Shown here: positions 38,601 to 47,620 of the stretch, one piece after another
How the letters are laid out: each line of letters starts with the position of its first letter
Position numbering within the stretch: the first letter of the stretch is position 1
Source of the DNA: Iphione sp. A-MEVVRFRX5
Lineage: Eukaryota
Assembly (NCBI GenBank): GCA_976226885.1
Contig: OZ320320.1
Span: 10,044,001 to 10,108,000 of the forward strand
Length of the DNA: 64,000 nucleotides
Direction: 5' to 3'
Notes under the pieces: generated by a model
Seen by the model: the letters and a program-made list of their open reading frames with translations, nothing else
Databases searched by the model: none
Told to the model about the DNA's origin: nothing
Translations under genes and position numbers: made by a program

Positions 38601-41600
38601 ACGAGCGCATAAACAGACAATTGAAGGCACTAAAGAATCTCGGGGAGCATCAGTTGACCACGTGAAAAATACATCACATAAACAGAAGAAAGGGAGGAAG
38701 TAGACAAAGCCCATGCATTCTTCAGGACAGACGTCAGACAAGAAATGTGGTTGGTGCGGCTGCAGTCCCCATCCTCATTCTGAGTGCCCAGCAAAGAATG
38801 CAAGATGTAACAACTGCAAGGGGGAAGGGCCACTACATGACAGTCTGCAGGACAAAGAAACAGGTCCAAGAGGTCGGGCAAGACGACTATGAGATCGACT
38901 CATTCCTAGGTGAAGTGACTCCCAAGGAAAAGGATCACTGGAAAGTCGTCATAAAAGTAGACGGCTACGCCTGTCAGTTTAAGCTTGACACTGGAGCTGA
39001 GGTGACTGTCTTGAGCGATGAGGAAGTGGCATTGAAAAAACTCAAGTTAACGAAGACGAAGAAAACTCTTCATGGCCCTGGGGGAACCAAGCTGCAAGTT
39101 CTTGGGGCTGTCAACGTTCTACTTGAAGTCGGGGATAGGCTACACCACGAGACAGTTTATGTGGTGAAGAACCAAAAGTCATCACTGTTAAGCAAAAGGG
39201 CCTGCGAAGCACTCACTCTCTTGGAGCCGTCTAGGGAGGTTTTCCAGGTGAAACAAGGCACTCCAGATTTCCGTGAAGAATATCCAGGCCTCTTCAGTTG
39301 AAAGTGGGAAAGCTGAAAGATAACTACCGCATAACCCTACGACATAAGGCAGAGCCACTTTGCCTCTACACCGCGAGGAAAGTGCCTCACCCACTTTTTC
39401 CTCAGGTGAAGGAAGAACTGAAGAACATGGTCAAACTAGGTGTTATCTCTCCAGTAACTGAGCCGACACAGTGGTGCTCTGGTATGGTTGTGGTCCGAAA
39501 GCCAAATGGACAGGTACGAATCTGCGTTGATCTTACCGCACTCAACAAAGACGTCACCAGAGAGGTCCACCCAAATGAAATCAGTTGATGACAACCTTGC
39601 TAAGCTCCAGGGGAGTAATATCTACACCAAACTGGATGCAAACTTAGGGTTTTGGCAGATTCCCCTTGATAAGGAATCCCGCCTACTCACCGCGTTCATC
39701 ACGCCAATAGGACGGTTTTGTTTTAATCGACTACCATTCGGCATCAGTTCTGCACCTGAGATCTTCCAGCGGATGATGTCCAACACCCTGCAAGGACTGG
39801 AAGATGACGGGGTAATATGTCATATGGATGACATCCTAATACATGGACGCGATGAGAAGCAACACGACCGGAGAGTGCGACTCGTTCTTGGACGACTAAG
39901 GGATGCTGGGATCACACTTAATGAGAAGTGTGAGTTTTCCTGGAGACAGATCAAGTTTCTCGGACATATCGTCAATCCTGAAGGTATCCAGGCCAACCCT
40001 GAGAAGACCAAAGCCATACGAGAATATCTGGCCCCCAAGAATATCACTGAACTACAGCGGTTCTTGGGTATGGTGAACCAAGTCGCGAAGTTTGTCAGAG
40101 GTTTGGCTGCAATGACAGAACCTCTAAGAAGGTTGCTCCGAAAGGATACAGCATGGATGTGGGACTGTGCACAGCATGAAGCGTTCAGCAAAGTGAAGGA
40201 TCAGCTGGCATCCTCCGAGACCCTAGCCCACTACAACCCAAACAGGCCGACCTTCATAGCAGCGGATGCGTGCACATGTGGCCTAGGAGCTGTGCTGATG
40301 CAACTATAAGAAGATGGATCGAAGAGACCCATCTGCTATGCCTCGCATTCCCTAACGGAGACTGAGGAACGCTATGCTGTTATAGAGAAGGAAGCACTAG
40401 CGGTAGTATGGGCCTGTGAGAAGTTCAAAGACTATGTCACTGGACTCGAATTTGAACTCCAGACAGATCACAAGCCTCTGGTCTCACTCCTGTCATCTAA
40501 GGATTTATCCCAGATGCCACCCAGGATCCTACGGTTCCAGCTTAGAATGATGTGCTACTGCGCAAAGATAGTGCATGTTCCAGGAAAGGACCAAACAACT
40601 GCAGATGCATTGTTGAGGGCTCCTACTGATCTCCCGGATAAGGAAGATGTGTCCTTCATCTGTGAGGTAGAGCACTTCGCCCGACAGGCGGTGGAGGTAC
40701 TACCAGCAACAGCTGTCAAGCTTCGCGAGATCCGACAAGCTCAACGAGATGATGAAGTATGCATGCAAGTGATGGAGTACTGCCGAATTGGATGGCCAGC
40801 ATACATCCCAGACCAGCCACTACTCCGCCCGGACTGGTCGAACCGCCAACACCTGGTCGTAATCGATGATCTCCTACTATATGATGATCGGTTGGTTATC
40901 CCAACAACACTTCGGATGGACATATTGGAGCAAATCCGCCATGGCCATCTTGGTATCACCAGGTGTCATGCACAAGCTAGGGAGAGTGTTTGGTGGCCTT
41001 CCCTTAGCATCGCTATTGAGGAAATGGTCAAGAAATGCCCATCTTGTCTGAAGTGCCTACCAGAAAGGAAAGAACCACTCCTCACATCACCACTAACTGA
41101 CAAAGCCTGGGAACGAGTTGGTTTAGATCTTTTTGAGTATGGAAAAAAGACATATCTCCTACTCGTTGACTACTTCTCCAGATGGACCAAGGTACGACCA
41201 CTGGAACAAACAACAGCTCATGGGGCTATCAAAGCTATGAGCAGCATATTTGCTGTCCATGGCATCCTGGACATTGTTGTGTCAGACAATGGACCGCAAT
41301 ATGCATCAAAGGAATTCAAGGAATTCGCACAGAAGTATGGCTTCACCCATGTAACCTCTTCACCGGGGTACCTGCAGAGCAATGGAAAAGCCGAACGGGC
41401 AGTGCGCACCATCAAAAATATATTACAGAAGAGTGATGATGCCTACCTAGGACTACTCACACACCGGTCCTCACCCCTACAAAATGGGAGCTCACCTGCT
41501 GAACTCCTAATGGGGCGAAAGCTACGCACTACTCAACCAAGAATTCCCACAGTCGGAGGGGAAAACAGATCCATCCACAAAAAAGAGGAAAACTACCGGG

Positions 41601-44600
41601 CTAAACAAGTGGCTAATTTCAACCAGCGCCACAGAGCAACCAAGGAACTCTCCAACCTCTCAGAAGGAGACACAGTTTGGCTGCATGACCAACAGAGAGC
41701 TGGTCAGGTGACGGAGAAGACAAGCAGCCCAAGATCGTACATCATCCAGACAGACCTGGGCTCCACTGTCAGGAGGAACCGAGGGTCACTGATTCCTCTG
41801 GAGACATCACGCACCCAGGGAGAACCACCTGACATGGACGTTGGAGAAGAAGGAGAAAGAGACAATAATGTGCCGCAACAGAGAACTGCAACTCCCAGCA
41901 GACCTCAAGAAACTGGTGCCACCACAATGCGCCGAGTCGTATTGTGAAGCCCCCAAAGAGGCTTGACCTTTGAGAGCCAGGGCAGAATAATCCCTTAGAA
42001 TCAGAGGATAGTCTTTCCTATGACGATTCTGTATGGCCTCAATACAAGTGATATTAGCTCAAGTATCATATAAGAACATTTAATTTGATAGATTAGAAAT
42101 CTTGAAGGGGGATGTAGTATAATGTTAACCAGTCACCAGCAAGTACTGCCACATAGTGTCTATAATGGGAACTATGTCTCTGTATTAATAGCCAATCAGG
42201 ATCCAGTAAAAGATTCACCTCCTGTATGACCATGTGCTGATTAGAGCTGCTCAAAACAAAACAACTCAGTGTTATTAGTTATTTCTACACTATTGATGTA
42301 TTGGTGCTGCCCATTCACTCATTCAAGAAATAAATGTTTATATACAAAAATCACAAGGACATCATACAGATGATCACTTCTCGATAGACTAGATAATTCT
42401 TGGAGTGGGATAAGCATCGCAGTAGAAGTTTACCCTGGTGCCCTGACCTGTATACAGGACTGGGTGCCTGTGTGCCAAAAAATTTATCACAAAGGATCCA
42501 TATGATACATTTGTAATCTGTGTCAACCTGGGTTTAATAAAGCTTTATTTACCTTTTTCTAGCCACAAGTGCCCATGCAGATACTCCACTCAAAGAATAA
42601 GAGAGAAATGAATGCTTAAAACAAAAATGGGTTGAAGTAATGTTTGAAAGATGCAGAAAGTGAATTAGGTTCAAAATCTTCTTGTTCCCTAATCAAAGAT
42701 AAATAGAGAATAACAAACAAAGAAATGCAGAGAGATGAGAGCCTTATATGTGGGCAAGAAAATCCCGTAATGGGTAGGCAGACAGAGAGACTGCCTACCT
42801 GTGAATGGAAAATAATGTGACACATTTCGTTACGTAGATATGACTGAAAAGTCATGTGACACACATCTGGGCACCTAGCTCTGACTGGAAAGTCACGTGA
42901 CACTCATCTGATCACCTACCTGTGAGCGTGGAGCGATGTGACACATCTGGTTGCCTTTCTCTGTGTAACATAACCCCATGGCATGACAAGCAACATCAGG
43001 AGGGGCCTTCTTGTTTAATCTGGAACAAATACCAGACAAGCATCAGCAAATGAGTATCTTACAACCCTGTACACTGTGGGTCCAATAATTTAATCATTAC
43101 TATCAGTTTAGATACAAGATTTAAACTGAAAAGATGTGTTGTCGAGACAGACATTTTTACTTACAGTTTAATTGCAAGTGGGCCATAGACTTTGATGACG
43201 CCATAACATGCCCCCTGGTAGACCCCTGGCGGCAGGAATTTACACACTTGTCCAATCACATCCGCAATGGACGTATTGTGGATCTGAGACACCTGACCAA
43301 GTACAGTCAGTGTAAACGTGCAGCCTACGGAGAAAAAAAGAATCAAACCAATGTTCATCATGACAAGTTGGCTTAAATGGACACATTTAATTATTATCAA
43401 TCGTCGCTTAATGACAACGAGCAGTTGCGATGTTCAGGTCGGTTCTACAGATTTTGTTGATTAGTGAACTTCCTTATTCTACCCCTGTGTCACCAAAACA
43501 GAGCCAATAACTGATACACAAATGCATGTCAGCACAGCAGCCACCCACCCCCTCACATCTGTCATCCTCTGCATGTCAGCACAGCAGCCACCCACCCCCA
43601 CACATCATTCTCCCCATGTCAGCACAGCAGCCAACCACACCCCCACACATCATTCTCCCCATGTCAGCACAGCAGCCACCTATCCCACACATGTCTGTCA
43701 TCCTCTGCATGTCAGCAGCCACCAGCACAGCAGCCACCAGCACTGCAGCCACCCACCCCTCACACATCTTTCTCCCCATGTCAGCACAGCAGCCACCCAT
43801 CCTTCACATGTCTGTCATCCTCTGCATGTCAGCAGCCACCCACCCCTGACAGGTCTGTCATTCTCTGTATGTCACCACAGCAGCTTCCCTGTATCTAAAT
43901 GAATTCTTTGGAAAAAACGTCCCTTAGTTCCACTTATTATATTTTATCTTATGGACCTCTTACCAAAACAATTTACAGGAAAGCCACTGTGTTCAGTCCA
44001 TGTAGGCCGACGCTACAGATTTGTGGCAAGGGTCAGTATGGAGAAAGCCTGGACTTTGTAGGGTTCTCGGTGGGGCTTTGCTTGTTACAGAAGGATCCCG
44101 GGTGAGATGTCTGGACAGGTAAGAGTAGCATCTTGAATTTATCTGAATGGATAGATATGCCTTGAGGGCCTTGCATGGACAAGGCCCAGGATGTCTTAGG
44201 TTGGGCCAGTTCTGACCTGAAAGCTTGCCCCCTCCATTATACGTTAAACCAGAATATTATTCCTCTGTATGAGACTTACAAACGTTACACAAGGAAATCC
44301 TCTGAGTACGTGGCTATGCTAAACACACCTGATGCTACCGTGGACTGGCATGACACTCTATTCTCCGGGTTACCAAATGTCAACAGTCTTGTGGTCTGGG
44401 CTACAGAGCTATTGCATTGTAATGTCATGGTCATGTGACTGCTCAGCTGGCATCTGTAAATTATTTTCAGTGAGTCAGTGCATTAATCATGTGATGGTTT
44501 CGACACGTCCCCTTAGGTGTCAGTGCTGTAATTGCAAGGTGTACCTCATACTGTTCAGTTAACTTTCTGCTTGTCAGGAGGTGTGGATGTGCTGATTTCC

Positions 44601-47125
44601 TGGTCCCCTGAAGATTCGGTGATAATAGGGGAGTTAGGACATATTCCTTTGAGAATCTTAGGCTTGCTTTAAAAAAACTGAGAAAAGTTTAGATGTAAGC
44701 ACTTGATCTAAAGGTAGTCTTACTTATTTCTTTATCATAATTCTGTCATATAAAATATAATCCACTTCCAAGTATGTAGACTTTCCAATCAAAAAGTCAC
44801 AGTTATACATAGGGTTTAGGTGCAACAGGAAATAGGGCATACCAAGTGTAGCTCTGCACTGGCACCGGTACTGAGTGGGCCTATACCTTCCTAGGGAAGT
44901 CCCGGTTATTTCTGACCACATGCCTCTTGTGTGTAAAGGACGGGTGGAAGGTAGTGACCAGCATCTTTCTTTCTTAATTATCTTTTTTCTGTGTGCCTGA
45001 TGGTTTAACTCATTTTAGTCATCCACCTGACGAATGGAGCACACATCTCCTGAACACCGTGTAAGCCAGAAAAAAATGCTTTAACTAGACTAAAAGCCTT
45101 TCTAAACCTTTTCTTGGAGTTTCTAACCTCCATCATATCTTTATAACTTGTCTGTAGCTTACATAGACGTAAAGATGCTACCACCCCGGGTCAGTTTTAC
45201 CATGTCATGAGGGAAATTGATGCCTTGGGACTGAACTTGATGCTCGGATGATAATCTGTTGACGTGGGTTAGGAAATTCTGGAGTTCAGAGTCTCTATGT
45301 TGCCACATCACGGAGTCATCATCTACTATTCTGTCGGCTGCTTTTCACACGTGCCTTACTTATTTAGCAGTCATAATTATTAATGCCACCCTTATTCCCG
45401 TGTCTGTGCTCGAGATTTGTAGGTAATGTTTACCCGCAAAATTAAATTCATTCATGGTAAGGACTATTTTCAACAGTTGTCACAATGCAGTGTTACTCAA
45501 GCCAATATCTGGGCCCAGACAGTATCAGTGCCCACAAACCACCCCATCATGGGATTTCGATGTACAGTGACATTATATCATGGGCACACAGGAAGGTGTC
45601 TTTGGCTGGCTCTCTGGAACGTTCAGACTGTAAATTAATTATCTGGTAATTATCTGTATTTATTTAATGTAAAGTGTACAGATAGATGTATTGAAGTATA
45701 GGCCTTTGATAACATTCGTTGTTCATGAAGGTGTACATGTTGTGTCTGTGCCTCCTTATGGCCAGTGAGAGCACAACGTATGGTAAGTACCTTCTGTGAT
45801 GTAAGGAAGGAATCTCATTGTATTTGTGTACATCCAGGGATAATGCCATTGAATATTGAATCGTCATGCCAGAACATCTGGACAAGTATTGGTAAGAATG
45901 TGTTAAATGAAGTCACACCCTGAGAGGGCGCGTTAGAAAATAAATCCTTGTCACTGTCACCTGCAATGAAACGTGAAGGAGTTGGGAGCTGGTGTCCCCA
46001 ACACTCTGCGTCAGTACATGCGCACTTACCAGGGATCAAGTCTGTCTGAGCACGTTTACACGCACACAGATACACACGCACACACACACATACATACATA
46101 CACAAATATGCTCTGCTCGCATTGCGTAACTTAGACGTTAAGGCTGTGCGGGTTGCGTCACGTAGCCGCAGTCTTAGACCCTTCTGTACCGAGCAGTTAC
46201 CTCACATCTGTTGATCTATACTGAAGCTGATAGAGAGTTCAGTGGTCCTATTATTCTGTAAATGATATCATGGAGCACCCTATGCTTGTTTTAAAGGAGA
46301 AGACAATAAGAGCTAGATAGCAGGAGTGAGCGAGTCCGTCTTTCATAGGCCCAGGTGTATTTATATATAATAGTATATCATGTGATCCTCTTCACTGTCA
46401 CCTCGTCCTCAGATTGATAATTCTCACTCACGATTGTCCTCGAACAAATGCATCTTTAACTACTTTCCTATGTCTTCCTTTTGTTTAATTCTTGTAAATT
46501 ACTACAGAAAACAAGGTTTGGGGTATCTTCCGGGATAGGACAGAATTTCGGGAAAGTGCTAGGATGAAACGTAGACAGGAGAATGGCGATGGAAGTTCGA
46601 ACACATTTTACAGGACAGTACAAGGCTTCCTTATCCCACTGACACTGTGTGTGTGCTGTAAAATGGGTGACCATGTTATTCGGACTACTACTACTACGAA
46701 TACCAGTACGAAGAGTTCAAAGAAGTTTGTCTCGCGCTCACTCTGTTAGAAGGAGGGAAAACAACTTACAGGTCACATCCTGCCACATCGGAAATATAAT
46801 AGCGCTACATGTATTTTGAACGATGATGATTCAAACTTTCCAGGTTTGATTGTGTCATTGTGGTGATTTGACGGATGCTATGAATGGGTACTGAGTGCAC
46901 GTGTACTCGTGAATTGCGTGTAAAACAAAAAGTCACACTAGTACACAAGTACGTAAGGCTCGGAGAATGAGACATTAGATGAGTGAAAATTGAGATTCAC
47001 ATGGTCAGTATAGTTGACATACCTGCACAGGTGAACCCTCCATTTGCCCCTCTTCCATTTACATGAGCTGGGACAGATAAGGCTGTGATACAACCTAGTA
47101 AAAAGAGAAAATTTGCGCGAAACAT
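15241..47125 (-). CDS. AOAH: Acyloxyacyl hydrolase (saposin-like plus SGNH/GDSL lipase; LPS deacylase), 19 coding exons, 572 aa
   Basis: Exons: 47125-47023, 43324-43165, 43019-42920, 37114-37055, 36883-36816, 36214-36154, 30593-30523, 30255-30207, 29463-29317, 28469-28400, 27206-27093, 26920-26884, 25864-25790, 23225-23147, 22526-22371, 20363-20304, 18836-18740, 17817-17735, 15369-15241. All GT-AG and phase compatible, total 1719 nt. Signal peptide, saposin Cys pattern, LRGxxWRGRDC, NCNGI, LGDSxxAHFHI, GND, DGFHPN, C-terminal FGDQGGY. Confidence 0.96.
15549..15950. repeat. Tandem repeat, 135-bp unit, ~3 copies (AOAH intron 18)
   Basis: GAGACAGAATCGAC at 15549, 15684 and 15819. Confidence 0.9.
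16384..17610. repeat. Complex minisatellite (TATAGTGTCAGTTACACATG and GGTGGTGCTCCCCTG modules)
   Basis: Dozens of variant copies of two interleaved modules. Confidence 0.9.
17735..17817 (-). CDS. AOAH: AOAH exon 18 (catalytic Asp/His)
   Basis: LDEWILVHGKENVYKLIDAVDGFHPNQ. Confidence 0.93.
18740..18836 (-). CDS. AOAH: AOAH exon 17
   Basis: RAFQLSQVEEEVTKTHKFKNFDVHFMPNPLKA. Confidence 0.9.
19165..20060. repeat. Minisatellite, ~38-bp unit (GACTCTAGTGGCCATGCTATCCCTCTCTCACT-like)
   Basis: More than 20 diverged tandem copies. Confidence 0.9.
20304..20363 (-). CDS. AOAH: AOAH exon 16
   Basis: ISPCAGWMGSNETIRNQTSE. Confidence 0.92.
21141..22320. repeat. CA-rich minisatellite (ACACATAACAACACACACACAACCCTAGATACTGCC)
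   Basis: Tandem copies ending ~50 bp from the AOAH exon 15 donor. Confidence 0.92.
22371..22526 (-). CDS. AOAH: AOAH exon 15
   Basis: DSRLPANSHVIVVGLADGRVLYNNLHDRVHPLG..YDFLNCLQ. Confidence 0.93.
23147..23225 (-). CDS. AOAH: AOAH exon 14
   Basis: HSKDTVAHMTTPAQMRTNLINTLNFL. Confidence 0.9.
23447..23637. repeat. (GA)n/(GT)n microsatellite
   Basis: Long GAGAGA runs. Confidence 0.95.
23811..24095. repeat. Minisatellite, ~55-bp unit, ~5 copies
   Basis: GGAGCACTAAGCTAAAACAATCCCC..GCCACCCATC repeated. Confidence 0.9.
25790..25864 (-). CDS. AOAH: AOAH exon 13
   Basis: LSRNNKTDVPLLVFYAMVGNDVCN. Confidence 0.92.
26064..26830. repeat. Diverged ~50-bp tandem repeat with a near-exact 100-bp duplication at its start
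   Basis: GTGGTGAAC anchor recurs; 26064-26163 is nearly identical to 26164-26263. Confidence 0.8.
26884..26920 (-). CDS. AOAH: AOAH exon 12
   Basis: GADSTDMQHIQNS; 37 nt, phase 1 to 2 fits both neighbours. Confidence 0.82.
27093..27206 (-). CDS. AOAH: AOAH exon 11
   Basis: GYMENQWPVIQGPVDSIYLRLRRRNRCNHRDFQNLGVN. Confidence 0.93.
28400..28469 (-). CDS. AOAH: AOAH exon 10
   Basis: KLLSFLPFVIENEFDWPMLSAAT. Confidence 0.92.
28488..28866. repeat. Minisatellite, ~31-bp unit (GAGTGTCAGCATAACAAAGGA..)
   Basis: About 12 variant copies starting ~20 bp from the AOAH exon 10 acceptor. Confidence 0.88.
29317..29463 (-). CDS. AOAH: AOAH exon 9 (catalytic Ser, GDS)
   Basis: GADKETGRPYEDLYCGGSGQMGVAALGDSVTAHFHIPHQWVNSSEFANE. 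Confidence 0.94.
29464..29850. repeat. Minisatellite, 57-bp unit, ~7 copies, containing the AOAH exon 9 splice acceptor
   Basis: CTG(C/T)AACCAGAACCAAAC at 57-bp spacing; the copy at 29464 is the functional acceptor (minus strand ..CTGGTTGCAG). Confidence 0.92.
30207..30255 (-). CDS. AOAH: AOAH exon 8
   Basis: PELWDVLVDTNCNGIY. Confidence 0.9.
30523..30593 (-). CDS. AOAH: AOAH exon 7
   Basis: TLRGALWRGRDCDDFLQHIHPGA. Confidence 0.93.
30770..31124. repeat. Tandem repeat, ~71-75-bp unit, interrupted by Gypsy C
   Basis: ATTAGGTTGGGTTAT at 30831, 30902, 30977 and 31052. Confidence 0.85.
31125..36109 (+). mobile_element. Full-length Ty3/Gypsy (Mag-like) LTR retrotransposon C in AOAH intron 6, antisense to the host gene
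   Basis: 117-bp LTRs (31125-31241 and 35993-36109; 2 mismatches), 5-bp TSD TAAGG, PBS TGGTGTCAGAAGT (tRNA-Leu) at 31242, PPT 35979-35992, single gag-pol ORF. Confidence 0.97.
31664..35716 (+). CDS. Gypsy C Gag-Pol polyprotein, 1350 aa
   Basis: Zn knuckles (CKYCGGEH..C, CNKCQGKNHFGKVC), protease LDSGATCN, RT IADD, RNase H (CDASSVGLG, EKECLA, DHKPL), integrase HHCC plus D..E(normally D)..E. Confidence 0.95.
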   Translation: MALVGIPVPAAMSVEGNVAENWNYFRKSFENYCIATELDKKPNTVQVATLLSVMGKDCNMILEHLTISEEERKNPKQTLDALEAYFKPKANPVYERYVFGTATQKSDETVDAFITRLRMLASTCDYGTLEEQLIRDRVVIGIRNNNVRMKLLWVKNLTLDAATEICRATEIAMKQLQTLSLKEDASVHYAQKGKKRADKASSKPNTTCKYCGGEHAYDRSVCPAFGKTCNKCQGKNHFGKVCMSKKKQGTSSGQSHITDRSQKKKYSRKKVHRVDEDESSDEEPIFVVSGRNKDKHQYFSNLAFEQPDGGKHTIRCQLDSGATCNIMTHRDYCAVMQSDEPRMLPSSTRLRMFNRTTEHVLGAARLHATVSNKRRLLHFEIIKDGPGTLLSGNACEKLKLIDFNKEEVVHAISSEELTQEQVFNDYKDVFEGLGKIGSYHIETDPSIPSVQNQPRRVPVPLQSELKSKLKQLEQDGIIAKVTEPTRWISNMVTVKKPGKLRICIDPKDLNKAIRRPHFPMRTIEDVAPRLAKSQVYSVADAKDGFLQVELDEESSYLTTFWTLQGRYRWLRMPFGISSAPEEFGRQLTEKLEGLNNIEVIADDILVYGSGDTYEEAVRQHDAAFIKLLERARACNLKLNKRKLKFKLTSVAYMGHVIDSKGLSPDPEKVRAIVEMPQPEDVQAVQRLLGMTNYLGKFLNKLSEVCEPLRRLCDKDRPFKWLPQHETAFQRVKTMITEAPVLRYYDVSQPVTVECDASSVGLGAVLMQGGQPVCFASRALSKTEQNYCQLEKECLAICFALEKFDNYALGKHVTVLSDHKPLEMIFKKSILTSPKRLQRMRLHLQKYDLTVCYKKGPEMFVSDALSRAFLPLQPGHVDTECLVYQLGTEDSIYTELETTDSSLDVSVSSERLSRIRLHTAKDVVLQQLANVINVGWPDDKQAIPEAVREYWPDRDELACSDGLLYRGTRVIIPRDMRAEMIEKAHASHQGIQATLRHCRGVIYWPRMNAEVTDAVRQCSICCESAVNQQKEPMMSHPIPNYPYQILSSDCFELEGRHYVVAVDHYSDFIDVDELPNMTSKSVIKFLKRNFSTHGIPSVLITENGTNYVSSEFAEFTRKYEFKHVTSSPHHPQGNGRAEAAVKVAKNLMKRAKKNKTDIYIMLLEQRNTPSQDLDSSPAQRLMSRWTRSLLPAAETKYMPHIVNTVPEKLAKRKQKNKRSYDRSSKPLPQLTIGQPVRVQAKPQTSSAWTLGTVQEKVGPRSYIVDANDQLLRRNRHHLRETQERLDTPHQSSPAPPQPVIVPVTNQAPVPVCPQPESVSPTKTPSGKPRAVTRSGRTSRPPAYLAKDYVKK
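36154..36214 (-). CDS. AOAH: AOAH exon 6
   Basis: VSENNLPGVDLDGDGFSTIK. Confidence 0.9.
36816..36883 (-). CDS. AOAH: AOAH exon 5
   Basis: LKVNAFDICTIPGVRAVCDIIKR. Confidence 0.9.
37055..37114 (-). CDS. AOAH: AOAH exon 4
   Basis: VKLKKEKWLADQVAKGYFQS; 60 nt, phase 0-0, poorly conserved linker region. Confidence 0.75.
37551..42289 (+). mobile_element. Full-length but inactivated Ty3/Gypsy (Mag-like) element D in AOAH intron 3, antisense to the host gene
   Basis: 177-bp LTRs (37551-37727 and 42113-42289; 6 mismatches), TSD CTATT, PBS TGGTGGCAGCGGT (other tRNA-Leu isoacceptor) at 37728, PPT GAAGGGGGA. Confidence 0.96.
38046..41973 (+). pseudogene. Gypsy D gag-pol with several stops and frameshifts
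   Basis: Fragments: ENWKDFKQAW, FERYKFNT, LDTGAEVT, RICVDLTALN, HMDDILI, ADACTCGLG, TDHKPL, LDLFEY..SDNGPQY..AERAVRT, C-terminal RIVKPPKRLDL*. Confidence 0.93.
42920..43019 (-). CDS. AOAH: AOAH exon 3
   Basis: LNKKAPPDVACHAMGLCYTEKGNQMCHIAPRSQ (end of saposin domain). Confidence 0.92.
43165..43324 (-). CDS. AOAH: AOAH exon 2 (saposin-like domain)
   Basis: GCTFTLTVLGQVSQIHNTSIADVIGQVCKFLPPGVYQGACYGVIKVYGPLAIKL. Confidence 0.93.
43522..43855. repeat. Minisatellite CATGTCAGCACAGCAGCCACC.. (AOAH intron 1)
   Basis: About 8 variant copies. Confidence 0.88.
47023..47125 (-). CDS. AOAH: AOAH exon 1 (signal peptide)
   Basis: MFRANFLFLLGCITALSVPAHVNGRGANGGFTCA, with a phase-1 GTATGT donor matching exon 2. 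Confidence 0.88.
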
Positions 47126-47423
47126 GTTCCCTCACTCCTACGTGGTTCCTTAACTGACGACTGCCTTGTTTTCATCACGTGACACCAACCACATCGCCTG
47201 ACCAGGACACACCTCTCTCATTATCATAATTACAAATAGGGAGAGTTTCAAATTCTATAGGAACAAAACTTCCTAACCTGTGGACAGAAACAGCTATGTA
47301 TTTTTGAATCCATTTTATCTATACATTTGAAAAAAAAAATCGGGTGAGGGAGCATTACTATAACACGTTGAAACCATGAACGGATACACGAAGGTACACA
47401 CACAGACTCTCTACCCCCCCCCC

Positions 47424-47620
47424 NNNNNNNNNNNNNNNNNNNNNNNNNNNNNNNNNNNNNNNNNNNNNNNNNNNNNNNNNNNNNNNNNNNNNNNNNNNNN
47501 NNNNNNNNNNNNNNNNNNNNNNNNNNNNNNNNNNNNNNNNNNNNNNNNNNNNNNNNNNNNNNNNNNNNNNNNNNNNNNNNNNNNNNNNNNNNNNNNNNNN
47601 NNNNNNNNNNNNNNNNNNNN
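47424..47620. other. Assembly gap (N run)
   Basis: 197 Ns, upstream of the AOAH start codon. Confidence 1.

Noticed and set aside
44175-44438. 87-aa plus-strand ORF in AOAH intron 1
   Set aside because: No recognisable motif and no supporting splice partners; within chance length.
45900-45965. Minus-strand GDSDKDLFS segment resembling the AOAH DxDxDxFS motif
   Set aside because: The real motif is in exon 6; this segment would break the frame between exons 1 and 2.
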